Source of the DNA: Felis catus
Lineage: Eukaryota
DNA length: 64,000 bases
Assembly: GCF_018350175.1 (NCBI RefSeq)
Contig: NC_058368.1
Location: forward strand, 18,044,001 to 18,108,000
Direction of reading: 5' to 3'
Numbering within the stretch: position 1 is the first letter of the stretch; every line of letters begins with the position of its first letter. Under the pieces are notes generated by a model that worked only from the letters and a program-made list of their open reading frames with translations, made no database searches and was not told the origin of the DNA. Both the position numbers and the translations under genes were made by a program. Below, in pieces: positions 26,383-39,578 of the stretch.

Positions 26383-28068
26383 TATTTCCCTGATGAGGAG
26401 TGACGTTGAGCATCTTTTCATGTGCTTGTTGGCCATCTGGATGTCTTCTTTAGAGAAGTGTCTATTCATGTTTTCTGCCCATTTCGTCACTGGATTATTT
26501 GTTTTTCGGGTGTGGAGCTTGGTGAGTTCTTTATAGATTTTGGATACTAGCCCTTTGTCCAATATGTCGTTTGCAAATATCTTTTCCCATTCCGTCAGTT
26601 GCCTTTTAGTTTTGTTGATTGTTTCCTTTGCAGTGCAGAAGCTTTTTATCTTCATGAGGTCCCAATAGTTCTTTTTTGCTTTTAATTCCCTTTCCTTTGG
26701 AGATGTGTCAAGTAAAAAATTGCTGCGGCTGAGGTCAGAGAGGTTTTTCCCTGCTTTCCTCTCTAGGGTTTTGATGGTTTCCTGTCTCACGTTCAGGTCC
26801 TTCATCCATTTTTAGTTTATTTTTGTGAATGGTGTAAGAAAGTGGTCTGTTTTCATTCTTCTTCATGTTGCTTTCCAGTTCTCCCAGCACCATTTGTTAA
26901 AGAGACTGTCTTTTTTCCATTGGATATTCTTTCCTGCTTTGTCAAAGATTAGTTGGCCATACTTCTGTGGGTCCAATCCTGGAGTCTCTATTCCATTGGT
27001 CTAAGTGTCTGTTTTTGTGCCAATATCATGCTGTCTTGATTATTACAGCTTTGTAGTAGAGGCTAAAATCTGGGATTGTGAAGCCTCCTGCTTTGGTCTT
27101 CTTCAAAATTACTTTGGCTATTCGGGGTCTTATGTGGTTCCATACAAATTTTAGGATTGCTTGTTCTAGCTTCGAGAAGAATGATGGTGCAACTTTGATT
27201 GGGATTGCATTGAATGTGTAGATAGCTTTGGGTAGTATTGACATTTTAACAATATTTATTCTTCCAATCCATGTGCACGGAATGTTTTTCCATTTCTCTA
27301 TATCTTCTTCAATTTCCTTTATAAGCTTTCTATAGTTGTCAGCATACAGATCTTTTGCATCTTTGGTTAGGTTTATTCCTAGGTGTTTTATGATTCTTGG
27401 TGCAGTTGTGAATGGGATCAATTTCTTTATTTGTCTTTCTGTTGCTTCATTATTAGTGTACAAATCAAAACCACACAGAGATACCACCTCACACCAGTCA
27501 GAGTGGCTAAAATGAACAAATCAGGAGACTATAGATGTTGGAGAGGATGCGGAGAAACAGGAACCCTCTTGCACTGTTGGTGGGAATGCAAACTGGCACA
27601 GCTGCTCTGGAAGCAGTGTGGGGGTTCTCCCCAAAATTAAAGATAGATCTACCCTATGATCCAGCAGTAGCACTGCTAGGAATTTACCCAAGGGATACAG
27701 GAGTGATGATGCATAGGGGCACATGTACTCCAATGTTTATAGCAGCACTTTCAATAATAGCCACATTATGGAAAGAGCCTAAATGTCCATCAACTGATGA
27801 ATGGATAAAGAAATTGTGGTTTATATGCACAATGGAATACTACTTGGCAATGAGAAAGAATGAAATATGGCCTTTTGTAACAACGTGGATGGAACTGGAG
27901 AGTGTTATGCTAAGTGAAATAAATCATACAGAGAAAGACAGATAACATGTTTTCACTCTTATGTGGATCCTGAGAAACTTAACGGAAGACCCTAGGGGAG
28001 GGGAAGGAGGAAAAAAAAAAAGAGAGGGAGGGAGCCAAACCATAAGAGACTCTTAAAAACTGAAAACA
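26383..28068. mobile_element. Young L1 with 5' inversion (twin priming): minus segment 26383-27460, plus segment 27459-28068; 3' end missing
   Basis: ORFs 26323..26805(-), 27026..27487(-) and 27535..27945(+) are ORF2 pieces; both segments break at consensus ...cagggaaata|caaatcaaaacc. Confidence 0.92.
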
Positions 28069-28277
28069 GGGGTGCCTGGGTAGCTCAATCAGTTGAGCGT
28101 CCGTCATGATCTCACGGTTCGTGAGTTCGAGCCCTGTGTCGGGCTCTGTGCTGACAGCTCAGAGACTGGAGCCTGCTTCGGATTCTGTGTCTCCCTCTCT
28201 CTCTGCCCCTCCCCTGATCACGCTTTCTCTCCATCTCTCTCAAAGATAAACATTAAAGAAATTTTTTTTTTAAAAGA
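28069..28277 (+). mobile_element. SINEC, probably chimeric (no direct TSD; left inversion breakpoint)
   Basis: Left flank is young L1 3'UTR, right flank is old L1. Confidence 0.85.
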
Positions 28278-29410
28278 AAGAAATATGGGGAATCCTTCAG
28301 ACTAAAATACAGAGACACTGGACAGTAACTCGAATTCACATGAAGAAATAACACCACTAAAGGTTCTGATATAGGCAAAGAAAGTATTAATGTATTTTCC
28401 ATTTGTAATTCCCTTTTTTCCCCTGATTCAAAAGACAATGGCATGAAGCAATAATTATAATTCTGTGTTAATGAGTCCACAACATAGAAAGATACAATTT
28501 GTAACTATGGTAGTGGAAAGGAAGAGGAGACCTGGTCTACATAAGAGTAAAGCTTTTGTGTGCTATTGAAAGTAAGGTGGCATTAACCTGAAGTATACTG
28601 TTATAAATTAAGATGTTTAATTATAATTCCCAGGACACCACTAAGAAACTAACAAACACCACACACACACTCACACACACATATATGTAAATAAACGGTA
28701 AGGGAATTAAAGGAGCATACTAGAAAATATTAACACAAAAGAAGGCAGTAACAGAGGGACAGAGGAACAAAAACAGTTAAGACATAAGAATAACAAAACA
28801 GCAGACACAAATTCTACTTTATCATCAATTAAACGTGAAAGGATTAAACATGCCGTCCAAAAAGCAGAGACTGGCAGATGGACCTTAAAAAAAAAAAGAT
28901 CCAACTACCCATATGCTATCTTCAAGAAACAAAAGGTTTAGGGGCACCTGGGTGGCTCAGTCAGTTGAGCATCTGACTCTTGATTTCAGCTCAGGTCATG
29001 ATCTCATGGTCTGTGAATTCAAGCCCCACACTGGGCTCTGCTCTGACAGTGCGGAACCTGTTTGGGATTCTCTCCCCCGTCCCTCCCCCCTGCTCCTCCT
29101 CTACTCATGCTGCAGGCGCTTGCTCTCTCTCTCAGAATGCGTGTATAAACATTAAAAAAACAAAACCAGAAAGGTTTAAATACACAAAGGGGTTGAAAGT
29201 GAAAGGATGGGAAATGACAGACTTTGCAAGCAAAAACCAAGAGCTAGAGTAGTTATGCTAATTTCAGATAAAATAAACTTTAAAGACAAACACCACTAGA
29301 AACAAACACATTTTATAACCTTTATTATCAAGAAGACCTGACAATTATAAATGTGTGCATCTAACAATAGAACCACAAAGTACATGAAACCAAGATTGAC
29401 AAAATTAAAT
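28278..29410 (+). mobile_element. Old L1 (ORF1 end to ORF2 start); inverted half of the element at 29749-30830
   Basis: ggacagtaactcgaattcacatgaag post-ORF1 motif; EN-start remnants at 28820-29400. Confidence 0.75.
28941..29165 (+). mobile_element. SINEC
   Basis: Flanked by aaaggttta on both sides. Confidence 0.9.
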
Positions 29411-29660
29411 AAAAAGTATCTCTCATGGAAAATATTTATTTCAAGTTTCATACCTCCTTCAGTTTTGCTTCCTTTTTTCTGTTAAATTCAAACTGAATTA
29501 AGAAAAACTCCAGAATATGAAGCCATCTTTATAAAAGTATTTTCTATTCATTCACCCAATTTAAAAAGATATCCAGAATGTTTTTAAACTGATGGTAATG
29601 ATGGCTAATTAATGTTATTTCTAAATAAAGGAATTTTTATACTTTATTTATACCCTCCCC

Positions 29661-29748
29661 CCCGATGCGGGGCTTCAACTCACAAACCGCAAGATCATGA
29701 CCTGAGCCGAAGTCGGACACTCGACCGACTGAGCCACACAGGCACCCC
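29661..29748 (-). mobile_element. SINEC head only (88 bp), right inversion breakpoint
   Basis: tRNA-like 5' part only; body and tail absent. Confidence 0.85.
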
Positions 29749-30830
29749 AGGATTCCCCATATTTCTTGTGGAACAGGTTTACTGGTGAAGAATCTTTGTT
29801 TTCCTTCATTCTTAAGAGTAGTTTTACTGAGTATAGAATTCTGTCTTGACAGTCTTTCTTGCAGCCCTTGAATATGCTATCCAGTGCCTTCCGGCCTCCA
29901 TGTTTTCTGATGAGAAATCAGCTGTTAATCTTATGAGAATCCTTTGTCATAATCACTTCTCTTACTGCTTCCAGATTCTCTCTTTGTCTTTTGACAGTTT
30001 GTGTGATGTGTCTTAGTGTGAAACTGTGTAAGTTTATTCCTTGTGGAGTTTGTGAGCTTCTTAGATGCTTAGATTAATGTTTTGTTTTAATCACATTTGT
30101 GAAATCTTTGTCATTAGCTCTTCAAATATTTTTTTCTGCGCTCCTCTCTCCTTCTAAGAGAACCACATTGTACTTAATGTTGATGGTGTTCCATAGGTCT
30201 CTGAGGCTTTGTGAATTTTCTTTCATTTGTTTTTCTTTCTGTCCCTCAAACTGGATAATTTTAATTGACCTATCTTCAAGTTCACTGATTACTTATTCTG
30301 CCTACTCAGATGTGCTATCGAATCCCTAGAGTGAATTTTTCATTTTAGTTACTTTCAACTACAAAATTTCTATTCAGTTATTTCTTTTTATCATTTTTAT
30401 TTCTTTGTAAATATTCTCTATTTGATGAGACATTGTTCTCATACTTCCCTTTAGTTCATTAACCTGGTTCCCTTTCTTAAAATCGCCAATTTTGAGGTGC
30501 TGAGTGGCTCAGTTGGTTGGGCATCTGACTCTTGATCTCAGCTTGGGTCATGATCTCACGGTTTGTAGGTTTGAGCCCCACAAGCTTGGGATTCTGTCTC
30601 TCCTTCTCTCTGCCCCTTACCTGCTGTGCTCTCTGTCTCTCTCTCTCTCTCTCAAAATAAATAAATAAACTTTAAAATAAAATACAATAGTCAATTCAGA
30701 TTTTTTGTGTAGTAACTCCAGTGTCCAGGCTTCCTCAGGGGAAGTTCCCATTGACTATTTTTTCTGTGCATGGACCATGTATTTTTGTTTCTTTGCATGT
30801 CTTATAATTTTTTGGTTTTGTTGTTTTATG
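29749..30830 (-). mobile_element. Old L1 ORF1 region, antisense
   Basis: gagtatagaattct and tttctgatgagaaatcagctgttaatctt, typical antisense old-L1 ORF1 blocks. Confidence 0.75.
30495..30685 (+). mobile_element. SINEC with internal deletion
   Basis: ggtgctgagtggctcagttgg head, (CT)n, AATA tail. Confidence 0.85.
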
Positions 30831-31866
30831 AAAGAGGGAAGATTTTCAGAGGTCCATACTTTGATATTCCTGCTGCTGTCACTTATGTATTAACTTTTCT
30901 ATATAAAACATTCTTCATATAAATCCAGATATTTAAAAATTCTTATACTTTTATGTCTGACACAAGGTTATAGTCTCTTACATAGACTTCTGAGTATCAT
31001 ATTTTTTAGATAAGATCTGACTATGTTATTATAAGTACTCAACAAAAATTCACCAGCACATCTTCTTGGATATCATGATGCCAGCAAGTAGAGAGAATGA
31101 ACTTGGCATACCTTCCAGTTTTAGTACCCAATAGTTTATATGCAACAATCCCACTAATCCTTAAAGAATCCCTCTGAAATTCTGAGAAGTTAAAGAACTT
31201 ACCCAGGACCACACAACTAGTGATTGGTAATCTAAAGTGTGAAACTAATCTTTAACTTCGGTGCTAAAGATTTCAGTGGCAGTGTTACACCGTGTAGAAT
31301 AGTGGGCACTGTGTTTCTGTGAAGTGTGTAGCCCATAGACTGATCTGAATATCACCTGTGATGCTTATTGAAGGATGGATTCCTAGTCCCCAAACCTATG
31401 CATATTGAGCCACATTTCTGAGATTTGGGCCTGGAGGTGGATGATGATTCTCAACTATATTATCGTTGGGGGAGTGTTGGTTTCTAGATTGCCTTTTTCT
31501 AATGACTTGGGCTAAAAACAAAACAAAACAAAACAAAACCCAAAACAGTAGGCCATTTCAAATCTGCATAAAAATATAATTCTACATCAAAGACTACTGA
31601 GTTTTCTTGTAACTTTCGAATTTTAGAAGTATAAATTCTTTACTTCTTATTATGAGAAGAATATATTAATTCTGTGATAATACAACAAAAACCTTTGGTG
31701 TCACTTTATGCTTATTAGTATCAGCTATGGATCAATTCTAGATTTTGTAATGCTCGCCAAATCTTTACATCTTTTACATGTATTGTTTTACTGTGAATTG
31801 TATTTATTTATACATTAAAATTTAGTGGAAAATGTAAGCAGTGGATGAAGCCACCCTTTATTTTAG

Positions 31867-31998
31867 GTTGAACTCCCACCACCTGATCTTGGACCAAGTT
31901 CTGCATTAAATCAGACACTCGCATTGTTGCGTGAAGTTTTGGCATCTCACGATTCTTCAGTTGTACCGTTAGATGCCCGTCAAGCTGACTTTGTGCAA
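31867..31998 (+). CDS. COG6: COG6 exon 14, 132 nt, [44 protein letters not shown]
   Basis: ttttag| acceptor, CAA|gtatgt donor; overlaps ORF 31924..32145. Confidence 0.96.
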
Positions 31999-32322
31999 GT
32001 ATGTTGTAAATCATTTTTAATGATTATTTATTGCTCCTCTGTTATACATTCTGTTGAAATTCTGGCATTTTATAACCCGTGCATTGTAACAGTCCCTGTC
32101 ATTGATTTTTTCTTTCACGTATTAGATCAGCTCTCTTTAATTTAAAAAGTACTTTATTCCGTGATGCCCATTGTAAAAAACATTATGATTACTATACCAT
32201 TTAATCTTACAAGTTGCTCCCCTTCCGATTAGTTTGTCATTCTTTCTGAAGTACTGTTAACCCAGGCCTGTATCACTGATTGGGGAATAAAAAATAGATT
32301 TGATTTTATTTTTCACTTACAG

Positions 32323-32490
32323 GTTTTATCGTGTGTCTTAGATCCTCTCCTCCAGATGTGTACCGTATCTGCCAGCAATTTAGGCACAGCTGACATGGCC
32401 ACTTTCATGGTCAATTCACTCTATATGATGAAGACAACACTAGCTCTGTTTGAGTTCACTGACAGACGACTAGAAATGCTACAGTTTCAG
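32323..32490 (+). CDS. COG6: COG6 exon 15, 168 nt, [56 protein letters not shown]
   Basis: cacttacag| acceptor, CAG|gtaagc donor; overlaps ORF 32356..32544. Confidence 0.96.
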
Positions 32491-32615
32491 GTAAGCTTTG
32501 TCATAAGATGCCTGCTCACTGTGACGGAGCCTTTTTTCATCTGATCTCAGTTACTGGCTTTAGTCCAATTTCGGTGACCTAATTTCAATAAATTCTTGGG
32601 TATAGTCTGATGGAA

Positions 32616-32618
<3 letters not shown>

Positions 32619-32650
<32 letters not shown>
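32619..32650. repeat. (CA)16 microsatellite ~130 bp after exon 15
   Basis: Direct read. Confidence 0.95.
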
Positions 32651-32651
<1 letters not shown>

Positions 32652-33290
32652 CGCACACACATACTTGGTGTTTCAGTTTTGTTTTGGGAAGCCAGAATAT
32701 GTAATGAGTATGATATTTTATTCAAACCATAGTATGTGATGATAGAATGAAGCTTCTCTTATTGATTGGAACAGCAACTCTGTATGCAGATTTCACTTGC
32801 TGAACTGTGAATAATATGCTATATTTTCCAAGCTTGCTAGCTAGTGCAGAAGGTGTTACAGAGGACAGATACATTTTTATCTATGTGTAAACCAGTGTTA
32901 GGCAAAACATTACAATTTGTTATACCAATGACTCTAGTCCTATAAACCAAATAGTATCATTTAAGAGTTTGTGAAGTGGCTAAGCCGTTTATAAAATTCA
33001 CCAGATACTTGGCTTCTGATTTTGAAATAGTGACTTTTGGTGTCTATAATGTTTTGAAGAAAAAATGCTGACTGTTCTGTGTTATTACAAGTATATAAGT
33101 AATATGGCAGTGGCTATAGTAAAAATTTGTTTGTGAACTTTGGGGGTTTTCTAAAGCATGAATTTTGATAAGTCTAAACTTGTGATATTTTCTAATTTCT
33201 AATTTCTTCTTTTAAAAGAAATATAATGAGGTATGATTAATTTTCCTTTCTTAAATAACTGTTTTTTTGTGGAATACAATTCTTTTTTTA

Positions 33291-33492
33291 AGGAGCACCT
33301 GGGTGGCTCAGTCAGTTGAACATTTGACTCTTGATTTTGGCTCAGGTCATGATCCCAGGGTCGTGGGATCGAGCCCCGTGTTGGGCTCCATGCTGAGCAT
33401 GGAGCCTGCTTAAGATTCTCTCTCTTTCTCTCTCTCTCCCCCCCCCCCACTCTCTCTCTCTCCCTCTCCTTTGCCCTTCTCACTCTCAAAAA
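33291..33492 (+). mobile_element. SINEC (older subfamily)
   Basis: gcacctgggtggctcagtcag...gatcccagggtcgtgggatcgagcccc. Confidence 0.9.
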
Positions 33493-33849
33493 ATTTTTAG
33501 AAATCTCTTTTTAAAAAAATTCATTGGTTTTTACTGTATTTATCACTGATTCAATCCCTAAACCCTGCCATTTGTCTAAATCTTTTCTCAAGCTGTTCAG
33601 GTATATCAGGTGTTCATCAGTCTGTTTTATCACCAGTCACCTGTGTTCCTTAAATATTCCCTGGTCATGTTTTGCTTTCCAAGGGGACAAGCCCCAGTGT
33701 GTAAGTGCTTATGAAGCCTGCACTTAACTTCATGCTTGGTTATAGGCTGTTGGCCAGTGCTAGCTGCATGGGCCAGCCCGGAGCTCTGAGAGAGGATTGT
33801 ACAATGATGTGGGTACTGGAAGGCATGGTTTATTTAGGCCCTCCAAAGA

Positions 33850-35200
33850 CATTTTATCTTGCTGCATAAACAATTTTTGGTTTTTCATACCTTTTCTATC
33901 AATGGTCTATTAATTTTCTTCTACTCTGACTTACCTTCTTCCAGCGTTTCAAGTAAGGAGTCCAGGCTAGTCTGATTCTCTTTTCTTTGTGGTAACTTTC
34001 TCTGTCCATCTGGAAGCTCGTAAGGATTTTCCTTTGAGTTCAGATAGTTAGTTCCTCGGGGTATTTTTGGTATGTCTCCTTCCCCATTTGGATTTTGCAG
34101 AGCCATTTCAGTCTGAAGATTCAACCCTTTTTTTTTGCTCAATATAGTTTTCTATTACCTAATTAATTATCACTTTTCTTTGTATATTCTGAATTTTCTA
34201 TTTTCTATATTTTATATTTTATAATTATATAATTATAAAAATTTTATATTTTATATTCTGAAGTTTCTGCCTTTATTGGTTTTATCTCCAGAATCTCTCT
34301 TTTAATATCTTTTCATATCTCTTTATTTAATCTTTCTTTGATGTTACTATGTTACTTTTCTTCCATTCTTCTTCAGATGCTAATTTGATTCTTAGCTCTT
34401 TCATTAAATGTTTATATTTGCACATCTTGGTGTTTTTCTTTCTTTCTTTTTTTTTTTTTTTTTTTGATTTCCAGTAAGTCTAGTGTCTAAGGCCTCTAAT
34501 TGTACTTTCTTGGACATTTACTTAAGAGAAAAAAATAAAGTACTCTGCGTCTTTTAATAGGGTTGCCTCCGGAAAAGTTACTCCTTCTAATCATTCAGAT
34601 GGGCTTTCTCATAGAACATACTCCCCTTTTTTAAGTTAGTTGGAAGTTTTTTAGGGGGAGGGCCTCAGCAGCAAACTGGAGTTACTCGGACAACAGAAGC
34701 ATTCAGATGGTAACAGCACAATGGGTAGCGTTACTGTGCCCCGGCAAACAGACTGGCAAAGCTGAGGGAACTTGCTGGTCAGGAGAAGAAGGAAGATCTC
34801 CAAACTCTCAGGCCTGTCCTGGTAAAAGTAGGGGGCAGAAGACTTCTTCCCACTAAGGGATACTTCAGCCCATTAGGGTAGTCCACTTCTGTGGATTCTG
34901 CCCCCATTAGCATTAGATGGCTTCCCCGAGGATAACACAAAGCAGGTGAGCACATACAACTCACATCTGCTAGTCAAGTCTTCGTGGACAGTTCCTAAAC
35001 CTGAAATCTTTGGCCAACCTTCTGCTGGGTTCTCAACTCCCCCCTGGCAGAAACCTGCTTTCTCCCCGGGAGAAACCCGTTGCCTCCAGGCGTCTCCATA
35101 CGGCACATTTGATTGGTTGAGTCAGTCCAATAAGTTGAGAAGGTAGGGGTATGTGGAGGTCAGGAACATCAGGCCTTCATCTTCCCAGAAGTCTTCCTAA
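33850..35200 (-). mobile_element. Highly decayed L1/HAL1-like ORF1 and GC-richer 5' region
   Basis: T-rich antisense ORF1-like blocks (gagccatttcagtctgaagattc); assignment tentative. Confidence 0.4.
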
Positions 35201-35557
35201 GTATTTTATATTGTTGTTATCTTTTAATGTTTCCTGTTTGTTTGTGTTTTGTTTATTGCCATCTTTTAAAAGAGCTAACAAGAGACTCAATTTGTTTGAC
35301 TAGTGGCTAGTACTGAAATCCTTTCAGTTCTCATTTTTAAAATGAGACTTTCTCTCCCTTTTGTAGGAGGACTTCCTCTTTGGGGGAAGGCAAAGATTTT
35401 GTCACAGAAGTGGCCCATGTGCCTCATGGTCTGGAACTCATGGCCGCTGCAAGGAATAAGTCCGTGATGAAGAGCTGACTCCAGAGTGGTCTACTTGTAC
35501 TCTCCGCGGTCTTATTCCTCTTTTAAAATATTTTCTTTCTGCTGGGTTTTCTTTTAG

Positions 35558-35665
35558 ATTGAAGCACATTTGGACACACTTATCAATGAGCAAGCTTCTT
35601 ATGTTTTAACTAGAGCCGGCTTGAGTTATATCTATAACACCGTGCAGCAACATAAACCTGAGCAG
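35558..35665 (+). CDS. COG6: COG6 exon 16, 108 nt, [36 protein letters not shown]
   Basis: ttcttttag| acceptor, CAG|gtaagc donor; open frame. Confidence 0.96.
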
Positions 35666-35689
35666 GTAAGCACATGGAAATACGCATTT

Positions 35690-35920
35690 AGAGTGTGGGG
35701 TCTAGAGCTAGCCTCCAACTGAACCTTGGCTCTGCCGCTTACTAGCTATTCTCACTGGGAAAGTGACTTATCTCTCTGTATCTGTTTCCTCAGCTGTGGA
35801 ATTGGGGTAATGATAATATCTGTATCGTAGGTTGTTCCGAAGATTAAGTGAGGTAACATATGTACAGTTCTTAGATGACTACCCGAGACTGTAGTAGAGT
35901 GCCCCTAAATATTAACTATA
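35690..35920 (+). mobile_element. MIR
   Basis: ggctctgccgcttactagct...gggaaagtgacttatctctctgtatctgtttcctcagctgt core. Confidence 0.8.
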
Positions 35921-36244
35921 CTTTTTACTATTGATAATTTTGGTTAAAAGTAATGAAAATATACAAAAATCAGTATTATAAATTGTATAAAGGATATTCA
36001 TACTGGTAAATTTTTCAGAGTCCTGTATCACTATGGGTTCATTGAATGCATAGATTGCTGTGTAAATGCAGTCATCCCCTTTTTAACTTAGCAAATCTTG
36101 GTCTGTTACTTTGGAAAGGTAAATACTTCTGAGACCAACATAACATCTTGTTAAGTTATAGAACTCCAGTGGAAATAGAGAAGGGAGTGGGGGAACCTGA
36201 GAAATTCACGTAAGCATCTTTCTTTAGAAAGCTAAGAACTCATT

Positions 36245-36364
36245 TTTTTAAAGATTTTGTTTTATCTTATTAAGTAGGCTGCATGCCCACCACGGGGCTC
36301 AAACCCATGACCCTGAGATCAGGAGTCACACACTGTACCAACATGCACCAGCCAGGCGCACCCC
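36245..36364 (-). mobile_element. Short SINEC variant
   Basis: catgaccctgagatcaggagtc...gccaggcgcacccc. Confidence 0.75.
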
Positions 36365-36890
36365 GCAAAGAACTCGTTTAAGTGGCATTGACATGAAACA
36401 TATTTTATAGTCCAGGAGCTCTTAAATGAAGCTTTCAAAAATCACCGGCTCCAAATTTGTTATTTTGATAAAGCAGCAAGCAGATTTCTACCAGAGAAGC
36501 ATCAATTCTGCTGCCGTTTTATACTATCTCATTGTCAGGGTGAGACTTCAAGCCTCCGTATCTTGCTGCCATTTCCTAAATGCTTCCTCGCCTGTTTGCT
36601 TGCTTATAAGTCAATCTGAAATATCCTGGTGTTCCTGTTGTTAAACTTCTGCTTGTCACTCCCTCCGACAAATACGATTATGTGCCTTCGTGCTAGTTAC
36701 CCAAAAATGAACAAGCCATAGTCCCTGCTCTCACTGAGGTTGAAGAGATGACGCTTGAGTTCTTTGGAAATGAACCGAATTTCCAGATTTGGGGAATCTA
36801 TTAATAGACTGTATTTCATAAGTGAACGGAAACTGTAGCACCTTTTTTACATCTTGTTTTTGCTGTTTTTGTTTTTTTTTTTTTTTCTAG

Positions 36891-36944
36891 GGCTCTTTAG
36901 CTAATTTGCCCAACCTAGATTCCGTGGCACTGAAGGCTGCAATG
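36891..36944 (+). CDS. COG6: COG6 exon 17, 54 nt, GSLANLPNLDSVALKAAM
   Basis: long poly(T) tract then ctag| acceptor, ATG|gtaagt donor. Confidence 0.95.
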
Positions 36945-37872
36945 GTAAGTGAATAAGAATAAAATCAAGCATTTCAGCATAGGTTTCCTTATGGAACACT
37001 ATTAATTTTTTCCTGTGTGATAGTTTTGTCCTCAGTGGTAATTTTGTCTCTTGATATATACTTTATCCACAGGGGGTTTAAGGATGATGATTGCACCTAC
37101 GTTTCCTTTAACTAAGGTCCGAACACGACATCCATTTGTGCTAATATTCCACTACACCCTCATAACCTCATCATCCCTGTTCAGGTTTTCTTCATTTTCA
37201 GAGTTTTACTCCTAATGTCATAGAGAAACGGGAATGACAGACACGAAGAAGTTGGGCTGTATATCATTCAAGACTTGCTGCTATTAGTCTTTATAGTTCT
37301 TGATTTCTCTCTGAGATCACTGAAATCAGAGTCCAGTCTTAAAATAACGTATTACTCTGGAGCGTGAGACTCCTCGAACCTCCACTTTATTACCTTCTTT
37401 TCAAGTGAAGAGCTTGCTTGCACATCCCTCTCTGCCCGCCTGCCGCTTCCCGGAGTGTGTTTCCATGTCTTAAGTATAGACTTTGCGTGTATGTATGTCC
37501 ACCAATCACGTGACACTCATTTAGCCCTTGTAGGATGATGTTCTTTGGAAGCTATATAATAATAACGCTAGCGATAGTAATAACAGTGATGAATAACACC
37601 AGCCAGTAACATTTGTTGCGCGTGCCAAGCGTTTTTCGTGTATTAACTCTAAACCTCCGAACACCCCATTCAACTTAGTACTTACACTCTCAACTACTAA
37701 ATAAGAAAAGTCACATCATGACAAAAGACTAGAGAAAGAGAAGTAACAGTCATAACTTCTATTCATCAAACATCACAGCAAAAACTTTCAAAACAGATTT
37801 CATTCTAAAAAGTTTAAGTAAAGATAAATGGAAATGAATACATTTTAGATTATTTCAAAAAGGTGAGTTTCT

Positions 37873-38091
37873 GGGTGCCTGAGTGGTCAGTCGGTTAAGC
37901 ATCTGACTCTTGATCTCGGCTCAGGTCGTGGTCTCACGGTTTGTGGGATTGAGCCCCAGCGTCAGGCTCTGCACTGGCAGCACGGACCCTGCTTGGGATT
38001 CCCTCTCTCCCTCTCTGCCTCTCTGCTACTCCTCCACTGGCACACATGCGCGTGTGCACTCTCTCTCTCAAAATAAATAAACTTAAAAAAA
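37873..38091 (+). mobile_element. SINEC
   Basis: gggtgcctgagtggtcagtcgg head; A tail. Confidence 0.9.
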
Positions 38092-38539
38092 GATAAGCTT
38101 CTTAGAAAGTTAAATATACACTCACCGTACTACCTAGTGGTCTCACTCCAAGGTATTTGCCCCCCCAAAATGAGGACATAACTCTACACACAGATCAGTC
38201 ATCTTCGTACTCACTAAATGTGTTTCCTCCCTGTCTTTCTCTCCCCACCGACACATATCCAGTCCGTGATATAAACCCACAAAATACATTTAAACCCCGT
38301 TGCAAGTTCTTTTGTGCGTGGTCTTAAACTTGAATAACAATTGAGTTGAAGATTTTATGTCTCTCTAACGAAACAGAATCTTGTTTTGTGTGTGGTAACT
38401 GCCTGCTGCTTCACTGGAATGCTTCAGGGCACTTCAGTTCGGCATACCCCAGGCTCGAACTCTGTCACGACTTCCTGCCCCCCACCCCCAGGTCCTCCTC
38501 CAAGTGTTCTTAACTCAGAAAGCAGTAAGAGCTTCTGTC

Positions 38540-39410
38540 CATTATTCTTTCAACATTGTCCTCTGTTTTCTAGGCATTATGCTAAGAATTGGGATGAAAG
38601 TAGACATGATCTAGTAAGGGGTATAGCTGTTACACAACTAAATAAGTGTGAAAAGAATACAGTTATGAATTGTAATAATGCTGTGAATTAAATGGCACAG
38701 ATCCAGATCTGAGAGTCATGCCCTTCCGTCCTGTCACTAAGCAGATGCTGCTGATTTTACCGTCCAGTTCTCTCAAGTATCTCCTCTTCTGTCTGCCGTG
38801 TCATTGTCCTTGTGTCTAAGGTGCCGCGGTAGCTGCCTATTTAGTGTCCTTGCATCTACCTTCCATTTCCTTCTTCCTGCGGCCAGACTTAGTTTCTTAA
38901 AACTTAGATCAGATTATTCCCCTCCTTCAATGGCTTCCTCATGCCTTTCCAATAAGAATTAAAATCCTGTAAGAAAGCGTGTGGGACCTATACGAACTGG
39001 TTTCTGTTCGCCATTCTCTTTCTCACTTCAAGTCTTCGTGCTGTCCCGTCCACGCAACCCCCGAACCCTCACTGCGCACACTTACTCAGTCTCTTTTCAT
39101 CTCTAAGATCTCACTTCAGGTTTCCTTTCCTCAGATTCTTTAGCCAAACACAGAAGCTAGGTCCATCCTCCTGATTCACACTTTTATGCTACTTTGGTTT
39201 TTTCCTTCATAGCATCCAACACAGTTTGTAATTACATATTTATTGACCTTATTACTTACTTACCATCTTTCTCAGTAGGCCGTAGCTCTCTGAAGCTAGG
39301 GACTGTCCTCTTATGCTCACCACTATATATACTTTACCTAATATACTACCTTCCTAATAGTAGGTACTCGATAAATATCAGTTGAAGGAATAAGTAAATG
39401 AATAATTAAC
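38540..39410. mobile_element. LINE-2 relic(s)
   Basis: ccttcaatggcttcc; 3' end taatagtaggtactcgataaatatcagttgaaggaataagtaaatgaa. Confidence 0.6.
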
Positions 39411-39578
39411 ATACAGTGGATTTAAGGAAGTAAGGTAGGCTTGAAATCTGGTCACTTTACTTCTTGTTAGTATTTTTTATTCAAAAGTTCGTTGAGGGAG
39501 ATTAAGATGAACCACTTGGATTTAGAATTTTCAAAGCAGCTATGCTGATATTAACTACTTTAAGAAGTCGACACTTGT

